A DNA stretch of 64,000 nucleotides from Cyanobacteria bacterium J06626_4 (GCA_038523235.1 JBCBJQ010000002.1:96001-160000); one strand, 5' to 3'; shown: positions 10,271 through 20,196, counted from the stretch's first letter. Numbers and translations are program-made. The notes: generated by a model not told the origin, from the letters alone.

Positions 10271-10614
10271 GACTTAAGACCAATTCTGCGAAATAGATCG
10301 GCAAACGTATGGGGTGAAGGGTAGGTGAGTGTGAGAGTGGGGGGCGGCAAACTGTAGTCGTACTTTAAAAATTGGATACAAACTAATTCAAACGTATTGC
10401 GCTAATCAGCTTTTAATGAGAAAAATTCTTACTTTTAGGATTATGCAACACATAGGGATGGGCTTGGGGTTTATGGTTGTTGGTTCTGGGGCAATCCTTG
10501 CACTCCCCCACCCCTTTGCACCCACGCCCTCCGGGCAGGCTCCGCCTTTCTTGAATGCCTTTAGGCTATACACACACCCCTACCCCCCCACTCCCTCACA
10601 CTCCTTCTTCACTT

Positions 10615-10657
10615 TATGAGCTGCCTCATAGATCATCTTGAGAATCCCTGTCAAACT
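10615..10657 (+). promoter_or_regulatory. CRP/FNR-type operator TATGA-N6-TCATA with extended -10 (class II geometry)
   Basis: Palindrome 10615-10630 centred at 10622.5; TGtCAAACT -10 at 10649-10657 places the box at about -41.5. Confidence 0.65.
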
Positions 10658-10683
10658 CAGGTCAACTTCCTGAGGTGAAAGCC

Positions 10684-11472
10684 ATGACTCAGACTCCAAG
10701 CCGACTCAACTTCAAAACTGCGCCGGGGCATCAGGTGTTAGCCGCTGCGGGTAAAAAAGCCCTGCGACCAGGGGGCTATACCGCGACTGAGCAACTCTTT
10801 GCTTGGGCAAATTTTCAACCAGGTGAAACCGTACTGGAACTCGCCGCGAGCTTTGGCTACAGTGCGATCGCTTTGGCTCAGCGCTATGGCGTGCGCGTCG
10901 TCGGGGTGGAAAAAAATCCCGATAGCGTGGCCCGTGCCCAGGCCAACATCGCTGCTGCTGGATTGACCGGTCAGGTCACCATCATTCAGGGCGATATTTT
11001 TCACTTAGAGGCCATCACCCAACAGTTCGACTATGTTTTGGCCGAAGCTATCTTGACCATGCAGTCGGAGGCGGGCAAAGCCAAGGTGTTGGCGGGCATT
11101 CGCGATCGCCTCAAACCGGGTGGTCAATTTCTCAGTCACGAACTACGCGTGGCCGGAGACCACACCGACACGATTTACCACGACCTGTCTACCACCATTC
11201 GCGTCAATGCCGCACCGCTCCCGGCTGACGGTTGGTTCGCCGCTTGTCAGCAGGTCGGCCTCACCGTCGAAAACCATGATGCTGGCCCCATGACCCTGCT
11301 CAATCCCAGTCGCATCGCCCAAGAAGAAGGCGTCACCACCCTGCTCACCATCGGCTGGAACATGCTGACCCGGCCGGTTCTACGCCAGCGGATTCTGGCC
11401 ATGCGAGAAACCTTTGTGCGTCATGGCAGCGACCTCGGATATGTCGTTCTGACGGCGAGAAAGGGGGCATAA
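10684..11472 (+). CDS. Class I SAM-dependent methyltransferase
   Basis: GHQVLAAAGKK.LRPGG, motif I VLELAASFG, FDYVLAEA, LKPGG; GAGG RBS. Confidence 0.9.
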   Translation: MTQTPSRLNFKTAPGHQVLAAAGKKALRPGGYTATEQLFAWANFQPGETVLELAASFGYSAIALAQRYGVRVVGVEKNPDSVARAQANIAAAGLTGQVTIIQGDIFHLEAITQQFDYVLAEAILTMQSEAGKAKVLAGIRDRLKPGGQFLSHELRVAGDHTDTIYHDLSTTIRVNAAPLPADGWFAACQQVGLTVENHDAGPMTLLNPSRIAQEEGVTTLLTIGWNMLTRPVLRQRILAMRETFVRHGSDLGYVVLTARKGA

Positions 11473-11479
11473 GGGCTTA

Positions 11480-11690
11480 GGGGCTTGGGTTGAAGGTTCA
11501 AGGTCTCAGGTTCAAGACAGCACCCTTCACCTGATAAAGCAACTCGCGGTCATGTTTGGACATTGTAAAGTCGCCAAATCGCTTGCCTTGCACCTTGAGC
11601 CCTGCACCTTTCTACCCTCTGCTATGCCTTGCACCGCTTACTCATCCACCTGGGCACCCATCGATCCCGCACCTTGCCCCACATTTCTCA
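11480..11690. repeat. Short tandem heptamer-like repeats (STRR-like), inverted blocks
   Basis: AAGGTTC/AAGGTCT/AGGTTCA run followed by GCACCTT/GCCTTGC runs in the intergenic space. Confidence 0.5.
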
Positions 11691-11710
11691 TCCAGTTACC
11701 AGCTAAAATT

Positions 11711-12046
11711 ATGCTTACCGTCCTCATTTCTGCTGACACCACCACCCTACAACTCAAAGACCACCTGACTTATCCCGAATCGGGGGTGCTCAGCAAGGTC
11801 ATCTGGAAAGACGAAGTGTGCCAATACAGCTTGTTTTGTCTCGCCGCCAATACCGAAATTTCGGAGCATACCTCCACCCGCAATGCGACGGTGCAAGTGC
11901 TGGAAGGGACTGGCTCACTGAGCTTAAACGGCGAAACCATTGCGCTAGCACCGGGTGTATTTATCTTCATGGCAGCCAATGCCCCTCATGCCCTAACTGC
12001 GGCTTCCAATCTGGCTTTTGTCCTCACGTTGTCGAGTGCGAGTTAA
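11711..12046 (+). CDS. Cupin domain protein
   Basis: LFCLAA.TEISEH, VQVLEGTG, MAANAPHAL; start reassigned to ATG 11711. Confidence 0.87.
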   Translation: MLTVLISADTTTLQLKDHLTYPESGVLSKVIWKDEVCQYSLFCLAANTEISEHTSTRNATVQVLEGTGSLSLNGETIALAPGVFIFMAANAPHALTAASNLAFVLTLSSAS

Positions 12047-12050
12047 GGCC

Positions 12051-12869
12051 ATGACGACGATCGCCCCCCAAACCACCCCCCATCCCAGCAAACCGTGGTA
12101 CTTACCGACACTATCGCCAGAGCATGGCGTCTACGTGATGCTAGCGGTGTCCTTTTTGACCGGGGCCGCTGCGGCCCAGCACTGGACGGGGGCCACCACC
12201 CTCGCGCTGATCTGTGCCTACTGTGGCTTTCAGGCCGAGCATCCGCTTAGCTTACAGATTAAGCAGCGGCGCAGTTGGAAGCTACGCTATTTAGTCTGGC
12301 TGAGTATTTATGGTGGCATCGCGATCGCGATCGCCCTCTGGCTGTTGTGGCATAGCCCGCAACCCTGGTTTCTAGGGGCCATTTACGGAGCCGTGGGAGT
12401 CGCGACCATTGTGGATGGTCTGTCGATCTGGCAACGACAACAAAAATCAGTCTGGAACGAACTGATTGCATTCACTGCTGCTTGTGCCGCCGCACCACTG
12501 GCCTACGTCGCGACCACAGGCACGCTCAGCCCAGGTGTGATCGCCCTCTGGCTGCTGAATGCCTGCTTTTTCTCCAGCGCTATTTTTACCGTCAAGTTGC
12601 GCAAAGCTCGCACGGCGTCGGTGACCGCTGGGGTGATCTTTCACGCGAGCTCGACCGCTTTAGTCGTGTTGCTATGGCAAGTACATTGGCTGGCTCCGGT
12701 CACGGCGGCAGCGTTTGGCATTGCCCTCCTCAAGTTTGGGCTGATTCTCTGGCAGCGAGACTGGTACTGCAACACCCAAATTCAGTCGGTCGCGATGCTG
12801 GAAACGGGAGCTAGCTTTTTGTTTTTGGTGGTTGCCGCCTTGTCACAACTCCCCGCCCATCTCAGCTAA
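12051..12869 (+). CDS. YwiC-like membrane protein
   Basis: PEHGVYVML N-terminal signature and 8-9 TM segments; ATG 4 nt after the cupin stop. Confidence 0.82.
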   Translation: MTTIAPQTTPHPSKPWYLPTLSPEHGVYVMLAVSFLTGAAAAQHWTGATTLALICAYCGFQAEHPLSLQIKQRRSWKLRYLVWLSIYGGIAIAIALWLLWHSPQPWFLGAIYGAVGVATIVDGLSIWQRQQKSVWNELIAFTAACAAAPLAYVATTGTLSPGVIALWLLNACFFSSAIFTVKLRKARTASVTAGVIFHASSTALVVLLWQVHWLAPVTAAAFGIALLKFGLILWQRDWYCNTQIQSVAMLETGASFLFLVVAALSQLPAHLS

Positions 12870-13017
12870 GGAATACGCTTGAGAAGCAAGTACTCACCTC
12901 GCGAGTTTTCTCCTTGCAGAGACACATTGCGAACGACTCCGCTCAACTCTCGGGATATGTAGGTTGAGCGGAGTCGAAACCGGATTTACCGGTATGTTAT
13001 TGAAGCGCGATTCCCTA
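12868..13017. mobile_element. MITE/REP-like palindromic element (~150 bp)
   Basis: Internal perfect IR CGACTCCGCTCAAC (12934-12947)/GTTGAGCGGAGTCG (12963-12976); degenerate outer IRs AGGAATACGCTTGA / TGAAGCGCGATTCCCT. Confidence 0.55.
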
Positions 13018-13138
13018 TTTGAAGTGAGTGAAGAGTTCAAGCGCTGACGCAGCTTCTCACCAAAAGTGAACTTCTATTGAGGGGCGAGGCGGATACGCTG
13101 GATTGGAGTGGATAAGTAGAGGGTGAGAGGCGCTGATT

Positions 13139-13777
13139 GTGAATACAAGCTACTGGCTGCAGAAGTGGGAACAGAATAATATTGCGTTCCACAGAAGCGA
13201 AGCGAATCCGGTTCTGGTTAATTACTTTGAAGACCTGTCTTTAGCCAAAGGCAGTCGGGTATTTGTGCCCTTGTCTGGCAAAACGCTGGATATTGGCTGG
13301 CTGCTGGCTCACGGGTATCGGGTGGCGGGCGCTGAACTGATTGAAATCGCCATTCAGCAGTTATTTGGGGAACTAGACATCACGCCCCAAATCGTAGAAA
13401 TGGGTGAAGTCAAGCACTACAGTGCAGAAAATATCGACATTTTTGTCGGGGATATTTTTCAAGTTTCTAGCGAGATGCTGGGCTCAGTGGATGCCATTTA
13501 TGACCGGGCCGCTTTGGTCGCTTTGCCAGCGGCAGTGCGCGATCGCTATACCGCTCACCTCAGACAAATGACCGACCAAGCCCCCCAGTTACTCGTCACC
13601 TACGAATACGACCAAACCTTGATGTCAGGGCCACCCTTTTCTATCAGTTCGGCAGAAGTGCAGCATCATTATGGCGATCGCTATGCGGTCTCTCAGTTAG
13701 CAAGCAAAGAAGTGCCCGGCGGCTTAAAGGGACAGTGTGCGGCCAGAGAAACCGTTTGGTTACTTCAACGTGATTGA
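13139..13777 (+). CDS. tpm: Thiopurine S-methyltransferase
   Basis: W..KW..NNI.FH, RVFVPL(S)GKTLD, YDRAALVALP, GPPFS motifs. Confidence 0.9.
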   Translation: MNTSYWLQKWEQNNIAFHRSEANPVLVNYFEDLSLAKGSRVFVPLSGKTLDIGWLLAHGYRVAGAELIEIAIQQLFGELDITPQIVEMGEVKHYSAENIDIFVGDIFQVSSEMLGSVDAIYDRAALVALPAAVRDRYTAHLRQMTDQAPQLLVTYEYDQTLMSGPPFSISSAEVQHHYGDRYAVSQLASKEVPGGLKGQCAARETVWLLQRD

Positions 13778-13844
13778 CGCCGGTCTGTAATTTGAGCTAT
13801 CGAGAGAGTGAACCCCGGTGATCGGTTGAGCCGCTCAAGATTCG

Positions 13845-14531
13845 ATGCCGCACCCATTTGCATTGAGAGCCACGGTCGGAGCGATTGTGCTCTGCACACA
13901 CTGCGTGAACGCGGCTCTAAACCTCGTTCTGATATCGCCCGCCCGTGCCCAAGTCAGGCAAATTAGTCACGTTGATATCTTCTCAACGGACGATGGCTTA
14001 GTCATTCACTTAGAGGCACCGAATGCCGAGCAAGCCACGATCTTGCAAACGGATGTGGGCAATGAAATTATCCTGGATCTGCTGGTCACACAATTGGATG
14101 AAGAACTTGCTGCGGATCAGGAAGTCCTCACCAACGGTATTGATCGAGTTTCAGTTGAACCCCTCGATGCTAATAGCGTGCGCATTCGCCTGGTCGGCAT
14201 CGGGGGGCCACCGACGGTCGATATCAGTCAAGACGAGACCCAGATTGTGCTAGATGTTACGCCACCGACCAGATCGATTCGCTGTCGGCGTTGCCCACAG
14301 CCGGAGTATCCTGACGCTGCTCTGAGCGATCGCATCGAAGGAACCGTCGCGCTGACAATTGAGTTTGACGCAGCGGGATTTGTGACTGGGGCATCAATCA
14401 ACCGATCGAGTGGCAATGCCTCGCTTGATCAAGCCGCCTTAGAGGCCGCGTTGAATTATGAGTTTGAGGTGCAGGGCTATGGTGACCCAGGGGGCAGCAT
14501 CCTCATCGAATTTGCCTTTGACGTTGAATAA
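13845..14531 (+). CDS. AMIN-domain / TonB C-terminal fusion protein
   Basis: Signal-like N-terminus, AMIN-like region (GIDRVSVEPLDANSVRIRLVG), TonB-C (PEYP..A....IEGTV, SSG..SLDQAALEA). Confidence 0.75.
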   Translation: MPHPFALRATVGAIVLCTHCVNAALNLVLISPARAQVRQISHVDIFSTDDGLVIHLEAPNAEQATILQTDVGNEIILDLLVTQLDEELAADQEVLTNGIDRVSVEPLDANSVRIRLVGIGGPPTVDISQDETQIVLDVTPPTRSIRCRRCPQPEYPDAALSDRIEGTVALTIEFDAAGFVTGASINRSSGNASLDQAALEAALNYEFEVQGYGDPGGSILIEFAFDVE

Positions 14532-14720
14532 GCACGGTCGATGTAGCCGTTATCGAGATCGCGGGTTGGCAGTGATATCACAGAATTCGGCATGCAGAAG
14601 TCGAATAGCCTGCGGGAAGGACAACCACTACAGAGTTGGAAAGCCTACCGGATGGTAGGTTCAATCATCTGTGGGGATCTAATCAAACTGCGGCTGGCTA
14701 TAGCAGGAACGGGCGGCTGA

Positions 14721-15494
14721 TTAATAGCCGCTCAACGAACCGCGCTTTTTCGCCATGCGTTCGGCCCAGCGAAATACGAAGAGACCGACTGCCAGATAGG
14801 CAATGCCGTTCAACAGGGCTAGGCTGTAGGTGGCCCAGTCAAGACCGACATCGCGGGCCATGAGATCACGCAGCAGCCCTGTGCTAGGAATCATCGGCAA
14901 CAAGAAGCGAAGAGACTGCATGATGCCAGTGGATTCTTCGAAAGGGGCAGCGAGCAAAAACAGCAGCAAGAACTGGAAGATACCCAAGATTTGCTGCACG
15001 CGTTTAAACACCAAGGCACAAGCGCCCATCATAAAAGCGAAGCCGTAGCCCGCCATCACCAGAGAGAGAAAGGGGAAAATCAGCGTAATCGGGAAGGAAA
15101 GGCGACTGCCAGAAAGGCCCATCAACAGCAGGACGATGCCCACCAGCAGCGTAAACCGCAGCGCCAGGCTAGCCACCGCTCGCGCTAAAAACACGCGGGG
15201 CGCCCCAAACGGTGAGAGAAAGACTTGCTCTAGCGTGCCGGTTTGCGCTTCGGACTGCAGACCGATCGCGATGTCATTAATGATGTACAGATTGAGCGTC
15301 CACAACACATAGCCAACGACGACGGCATCGAGGCGATCACCAAAGGCAAAGCTTGGCCCGGCCATATATCGCGCGCTGAGGAACAGCCCGTAAAAGACAG
15401 AGGTGGTGATGATTAACCCGGCAATTACCTCAGCGGGGTAGCGAATGAATTGAATCCAGGTGCGTTTTAGTTCGACGTAGAGCAAATCCATCAT
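14721..15494 (-). CDS. ABC-2 type transporter permease
   Basis: Six TM segments, EAQTGTLEQVFLSP; overlaps the ATPase stop. Confidence 0.9.
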   Translation of the reverse strand: MMDLLYVELKRTWIQFIRYPAEVIAGLIITTSVFYGLFLSARYMAGPSFAFGDRLDAVVVGYVLWTLNLYIINDIAIGLQSEAQTGTLEQVFLSPFGAPRVFLARAVASLALRFTLLVGIVLLLMGLSGSRLSFPITLIFPFLSLVMAGYGFAFMMGACALVFKRVQQILGIFQFLLLFLLAAPFEESTGIMQSLRFLLPMIPSTGLLRDLMARDVGLDWATYSLALLNGIAYLAVGLFVFRWAERMAKKRGSLSGY

Positions 15495-16474
15495 GATGCA
15501 GAATCCTGGGTATCTTTGACCAGCTTGAGAAAGACTTGGGTCAGGTCGGCGCGATCGCGCTGTACTGAGACCAACGGGAGGGGATGCAGGGCTGCCAGCA
15601 GGGCGTAGAGATTGGGGGGCGTACCAGCATAGGTAATGTGTGGACCGTCCACCTGCCCGCCCAACTGCGTGACTCGCTGGTATTGCTGAGCCGTCAAGGT
15701 GCCTTCAATTTCAAGCTGATAGGCGGAGTCGGAAAACTCTTTGAGCAAAGACTCGGTCGATTGCTCGGCGATGATGCGGCCTCGGCGAATGATGGCGACG
15801 CGATCGGAGAGTTCTTCGGCAACGTCGAGCTGGTGAGTGGTCAGCAAAATGGCGCGACCTTCTTGGGCGATTTGCCGTACCAGGGCTTTAACGGTTTCCC
15901 CCGCTTCAACGTCCAGTCCTAGGGTGGGCTCATCCAACAGCAGCAGTTGCGGATTGTGAATTAGGGCGACGGCGATCGCCAGCTTTTGCTGCATGCCCCG
16001 CGAGAGTTTCTGCACCGGCGTCTGGCGCTTGTCTAACAACTCAAAGCGGTCTAGCAGCTCTAGTCCGCGCCGATGAGCAATTTTGCGCGGCACCTGACGC
16101 AGTACACCAAAATATTCCAGGTTTTCTTCAGGGGTGAGTCGCCAATAAAGGTTACGGTTGCCTTCGAGCACGGCCCCAATGTGGCGCAGGGCGCTGGGAC
16201 GACGATGGGGGTCGCCGCCCGCGACGGTGACTTGACCGCGATCAGGGCGTACGAGACCAGCAATCATCTTGATGGTCGTGGTTTTACCCGCCCCGTTTGG
16301 CCCGAGGAACGCCAGCACTTCGCCGCGATGCAGGGTGAGTGAAACTTGTTTAACCGCTTCAAACCGTTGCTTGCCTCGCCCGTAGGTTTTGGTCAAGTCG
16401 CGGGTAGCAAGCACAATAGCCTCTGTAGAGGGTTCTACAGGGCGTTCTGAGTCAAGACGATGGGCAAGTTGCAC
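15491..16474 (-). CDS. ABC transporter ATP-binding protein
   Basis: Walker A GPNGAGKTT, signature LSRGMQQ, Walker B LLLLDEPT; start uncertain. Confidence 0.93.
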   Translation of the reverse strand: MQLAHRLDSERPVEPSTEAIVLATRDLTKTYGRGKQRFEAVKQVSLTLHRGEVLAFLGPNGAGKTTTIKMIAGLVRPDRGQVTVAGGDPHRRPSALRHIGAVLEGNRNLYWRLTPEENLEYFGVLRQVPRKIAHRRGLELLDRFELLDKRQTPVQKLSRGMQQKLAIAVALIHNPQLLLLDEPTLGLDVEAGETVKALVRQIAQEGRAILLTTHQLDVAEELSDRVAIIRRGRIIAEQSTESLLKEFSDSAYQLEIEGTLTAQQYQRVTQLGGQVDGPHITYAGTPPNLYALLAALHPLPLVSVQRDRADLTQVFLKLVKDTQDSAS

Positions 16475-16489
16475 GATGGAAATCAGCTC

Positions 16490-16783
16490 TCAGCGATCGT
16501 TGGTGTCTTTACTTATCTTAATGTTTTGTGGCACTGAACAACTGAGCTGGGCGATAAGGGTGCCAAAAGATTCAGTGCAGTGGGGTTTAGAGGTTTGAAC
16601 CTGCTGATAGAGTACGTTGTCAAATAACGGGGAAACTGATTGGCAAGTCTCTTGGGGAGAAACGATATCAGTAAAGTTCCGGCGTTGCTAAGCCTGCTCA
16701 TGAGACACCAAGTTCCAGCTGATTTCCTGAGCATATTTGAGGATGAGAGATTGGACGGTTTTATGTTCTTCAGGGCTAAGCAT
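16490..16783 (-). pseudogene. hsdR: Remnant of the N-terminus of a type I restriction subunit HsdR
   Basis: Manual translation from ATG 16783: MLSPEEHKTVQSLILKYAQEISWNLVSHEQA*QRRNF...PLFDNVLYQQV...; resembles the EHKTVQ.RIL.YAQEIGW start of one HsdR family as I recall it; in-frame TAG at 16688-16690. Confidence 0.65.
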
Positions 16784-18584
16784 GTTGAACGTCTTTGTAG
16801 ATTTCTGTCGGACTGAGCTGACGCCCCTCTGTCAATTTCTGCACCGCTGCCATGACCAGCTCAGCACGCTTCTGGAGAAAGGCGTCAAAATCTTGCTGGA
16901 GCTTAGCCGTTTTCTCATCTTCTGAGAGACCTTCGTACCCACCATTAGCCAACTCATCAATGGGAATTAAATGAGACTGCAGCCGCTCTCGCACAATTTC
17001 CTCAGAAGACCATTTATAGCGGTCTTTGAGATAGATCAGAGGATTTTTTCGCCCGATTTCGAGGTTGGTCTTGTCTTTGATCAAGGCACAGTTGAGGGCG
17101 AGAAAGCTAGGAATATCGGCTTCTTTAAGGAGGGCATCGGGATAAACATGGTGATAATGGCGATCACAGATCGTTTGAGCATTTAGCCGTTCACCAGTAG
17201 CGAAATCAAGCGCATTGAGGCGACATAGGACCGCCAGTACGCCCCGACCCCGGATGGTGTTGCGCTTGGGCCAGTCGGCAGTCAGAATTTCTTCGATTTC
17301 CACCAGGCTATGGTCGGTAAAGATGGGAACATCAGTGGTGGTGTAAGGAGTACCGTCTTCTTTGGTCTGGTCGGCGATGATGCGCTTGAGGGCGTTGAAG
17401 TCAGCGAAAGCATTTGTAGGGGCCGAATTTTCATAGCGATCAGTGAAAAATGCGTGCCACAGGTACTTTTTCAGCAGGACCTCGTCTCGTCCACGTTTGT
17501 CGCCAGCATCAGGAATGTGGGCATAGAGTGCTGCAATAACAGCCAGCACGGCATTGGTGGGTAACCGCTGGGCATCATAAATACCCTCATTATTGAGGAA
17601 CTCGGCCATGCAGTTCAGGCCGCGTTCCAAGGTTGACCACTGCTCGACCATGCGCTGTTTATTCATCTTCCAGGCCCCCGCTTGATTGGGGAAGTTGCCC
17701 TGGAGTAAAGCGGATGTAGTTAGCACTAGATCAGACAAGGGTGAATAGCGCGAAACACTGGGACAGCGTTCATTCAGTCCGGCTTCTAAATCGTGAAGTG
17801 ACTGTCCCATGACGCTCTCCACTTCGGCCACAATAATGTCGTAGGTAGAAAGAGGTTTGCTGTTGGTATTCATGTTGATGAATACGTTAAGCGCAATAGA
17901 CTTGTCAGTATGGGCAGGGAGAGCTAGGTAAGGCAGGTTGTAGTTGGCAATAATTGATCGTAAGTCTCTAATTTTATCGCTGATTTTTTGACGATATTCA
18001 AAATATTGTTGAAACTCATCCATTCCAACATTTATAGATGGTCTAGGCAGGGCTTTATTAAGCCAATCATCAATTTCGCTTTGAATGTCTTCTGGGCGTA
18101 AGAGATGGGTGGGAATGAGACCGCGAAACAAGGTCTGAGAAGGTTTATCACACCAGAGTGGAAACCGCTGCCTAGTCTTTTGTTTGATGTAGCGTCCCCG
18201 CCAAAAAATGCTCATGTCTTCCAGGGGTTTGTCGTTGTCGTATCGATCAAACTCCTTGATGTAGATGAAGTAGGTCGCCCACTGGTAATTGTTATGCAGA
18301 ACTCGCCATAGAGCCGTTAACCGCTGCTGACCGTCGAGTAAATGCTCATATACCTTGTTGTTGGTTTCAGGGGCTGTCTGAAGATGCCGGGAAATAAACT
18401 GCTCTTCTTCTCCCACTTCTAGGACAAGAGTAATCCCAAGAGGAAGATTTTGAATAATGGTGTGGATGAGGCTGGCAATGCGATGCTGATCCCAAGCTTC
18501 GAACCGTTGAAAGCGGGGTAGTTTGATTTCACCCCGCTGGACTTTGCCATACCAATCTCGGATATTGCGGTTACGAGCTTCCAC
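16776..18584 (-). CDS. DUF262 (ParB-like) plus HNH-like protein, GmrSD-type restriction endonuclease family
   Basis: LPRFQR..AW, LLDGQQRLT, FINMNT; C-terminal HHVYP...N.ALI...TN..IG. Confidence 0.85.
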   Translation of the reverse strand: MEARNRNIRDWYGKVQRGEIKLPRFQRFEAWDQHRIASLIHTIIQNLPLGITLVLEVGEEEQFISRHLQTAPETNNKVYEHLLDGQQRLTALWRVLHNNYQWATYFIYIKEFDRYDNDKPLEDMSIFWRGRYIKQKTRQRFPLWCDKPSQTLFRGLIPTHLLRPEDIQSEIDDWLNKALPRPSINVGMDEFQQYFEYRQKISDKIRDLRSIIANYNLPYLALPAHTDKSIALNVFINMNTNSKPLSTYDIIVAEVESVMGQSLHDLEAGLNERCPSVSRYSPLSDLVLTTSALLQGNFPNQAGAWKMNKQRMVEQWSTLERGLNCMAEFLNNEGIYDAQRLPTNAVLAVIAALYAHIPDAGDKRGRDEVLLKKYLWHAFFTDRYENSAPTNAFADFNALKRIIADQTKEDGTPYTTTDVPIFTDHSLVEIEEILTADWPKRNTIRGRGVLAVLCRLNALDFATGERLNAQTICDRHYHHVYPDALLKEADIPSFLALNCALIKDKTNLEIGRKNPLIYLKDRYKWSSEEIVRERLQSHLIPIDELANGGYEGLSEDEKTAKLQQDFDAFLQKRAELVMAAVQKLTEGRQLSPTEIYKDVQHA

Positions 18585-18690
18585 TGTCGTTCCCTTAGCC
18601 TGTAGATAGGGTGTACTACTCTCTGGACTAAGCTATATTTCCCAGTTCTACTCTCCAGATTGGGGTCATGTCGATGACGGGAAAAATAGA

Positions 18691-18879
18691 TTGATAGTGG
18701 TCGCAGTCAATTTTCGGGCGCAGATATTACAAGATGAGGCATTCCGAAGCAAGTTAGAGTCAGCAACGGCTTTGAAACGGATTGGTCAAATTGACGATAT
18801 GGTTGACGTGGTTGAGTTTCTGACCTGTCCGGCATCTCGTTGGATTACGGGGCAAGTCATTGAAGTTTCGGGGGGCTGA
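18691..18879 (+). pseudogene. C-terminal fragment of an SDR oxidoreductase
   Basis: ALKRIGQ.DD..DVV.FL....SRWITGQVIEVSGG; no Rossmann N-terminus. Confidence 0.7.
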
Positions 18880-18920
18880 AAGATCTAGCTAGCTTACGGG
18901 AGAAACATCCACAGTCTCTA

Positions 18921-19940
18921 CTAATCGTCTGTCAGTTCATGCAGGATGTTCTGCAACTCAGCAGCGGGATATGGGGCGGTGAGGTCTGCCAGTAGCTGGC
19001 GGTAAAAATCTCCAATCTTCATTACCAACGGGAGTCTGCTTTTGAGGTAAGCGCGGACGTCAGTCGGCACCGCACTGGCGGCGCTGTGGTGATCGTCAGT
19101 CAGGTCTTGCAGGGCCAGTCGCCAATTTTGCCGGTCATCATAACGACTCACGATCGCGTGAGCGAGGCTGGTGAGCGCGGTGCAAATATCAAAATTTTGA
19201 TGCTGCTGGAAGAATTGCTGGTCGGCGGCATCAAGTTGAAACTGGTGGGAAAGGGCAAGGCCATAGTCGGTTAGAAACAGCTGTTGGCCATCGGTGAGGA
19301 TGTTGTCAAAGTGGGCATCCAGATGCAGCAGTCCCTGCGAATTGATGAATGACAGCAGGTCAATCAAAGTGGATTCCACGTCCAAAATTGTCGCCATTCG
19401 ATCGGCACTATGCGACCACCGCTCGCGGAACCATTGGCTGAGCGTCAACGGATACGGTTCCAAAAACAGCACCACAGAATGAGTGGCTGCAGCGATCGCG
19501 GCCACCCGCTGATGAATGGCTTCACAGTCACCCCAACGCTGCAGGTCGATCCGGTCGTCGTAGTGGGTGGGGGCGATCTGCAACACGCGCCAGTGATGTA
19601 GCAACGGAAAGTGAGAACAGTGATCTGACAGGACCCATTGATTGACTAACCGGTGAGTCTCCAACTCTCGCCAGGCCCCGAAGCCACAGCTACCCAGCCG
19701 ATATTGATAATAGGGGGGCAACTGAAAGCAGTTTGCGGTGGCTTGGTAGTTCTGACGCTGCATTTCCAAACTGGTCAAGGGCACCAGTTTGACGAAAACA
19801 GAGGGACCACAACTTGGCAAGGACACTATTCCATGCCCAACTTCGGGTATCTGGGCGGCGTTGAGTAAATGCAGGAGAGCTGCGTCGCTCCAGCGCTGAA
19901 GTTCGTCAGCAATGCTGGCATGATTTTTGAGGCGGGTCAT
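18921..19940 (-). CDS. Protein-kinase-like fold protein
   Basis: VFVK (Lys), AWRE (Glu), LLHLDAHFDNIL catalytic loop, TDYGLA; GAGG RBS. Confidence 0.72.
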   Translation of the reverse strand: MTRLKNHASIADELQRWSDAALLHLLNAAQIPEVGHGIVSLPSCGPSVFVKLVPLTSLEMQRQNYQATANCFQLPPYYQYRLGSCGFGAWRELETHRLVNQWVLSDHCSHFPLLHHWRVLQIAPTHYDDRIDLQRWGDCEAIHQRVAAIAAATHSVVLFLEPYPLTLSQWFRERWSHSADRMATILDVESTLIDLLSFINSQGLLHLDAHFDNILTDGQQLFLTDYGLALSHQFQLDAADQQFFQQHQNFDICTALTSLAHAIVSRYDDRQNWRLALQDLTDDHHSAASAVPTDVRAYLKSRLPLVMKIGDFYRQLLADLTAPYPAAELQNILHELTDD

Positions 19941-20196
19941 GCAACGACATCCTCAATTGCGGACAATCACTATTCACTGATGAAGCAGGGGCCAGGGCAA
20001 ATGCAAACTCGCTGATCGGCTCGTGCTCAAATCCACTCCAACATTAAGGGGGTTGTCGCTTTTTGGGGAGATTGCCATTCGAAAAAGCTGATAGGTGACC
20101 GCGTGAACAGCACGATAATTCCGAGATGACTGTGCTGGGTTTCCTGGCATCAATTCAACCTACGGCGAAGTGCGATCACACTAGCATTATGAAGGA

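Noticed and set aside
10310..10619. 67-aa ORF and purine/pyrimidine-rich tracts between crp and the methyltransferase
   Set aside because: Low-complexity short tandem repeats typical of cyanobacterial spacers; ORF not credible.
11552..11710. N-terminal extension of the cupin ORF
   Set aside because: Read-through of heptamer repeats; the cupin fold starts at ATG 11711.
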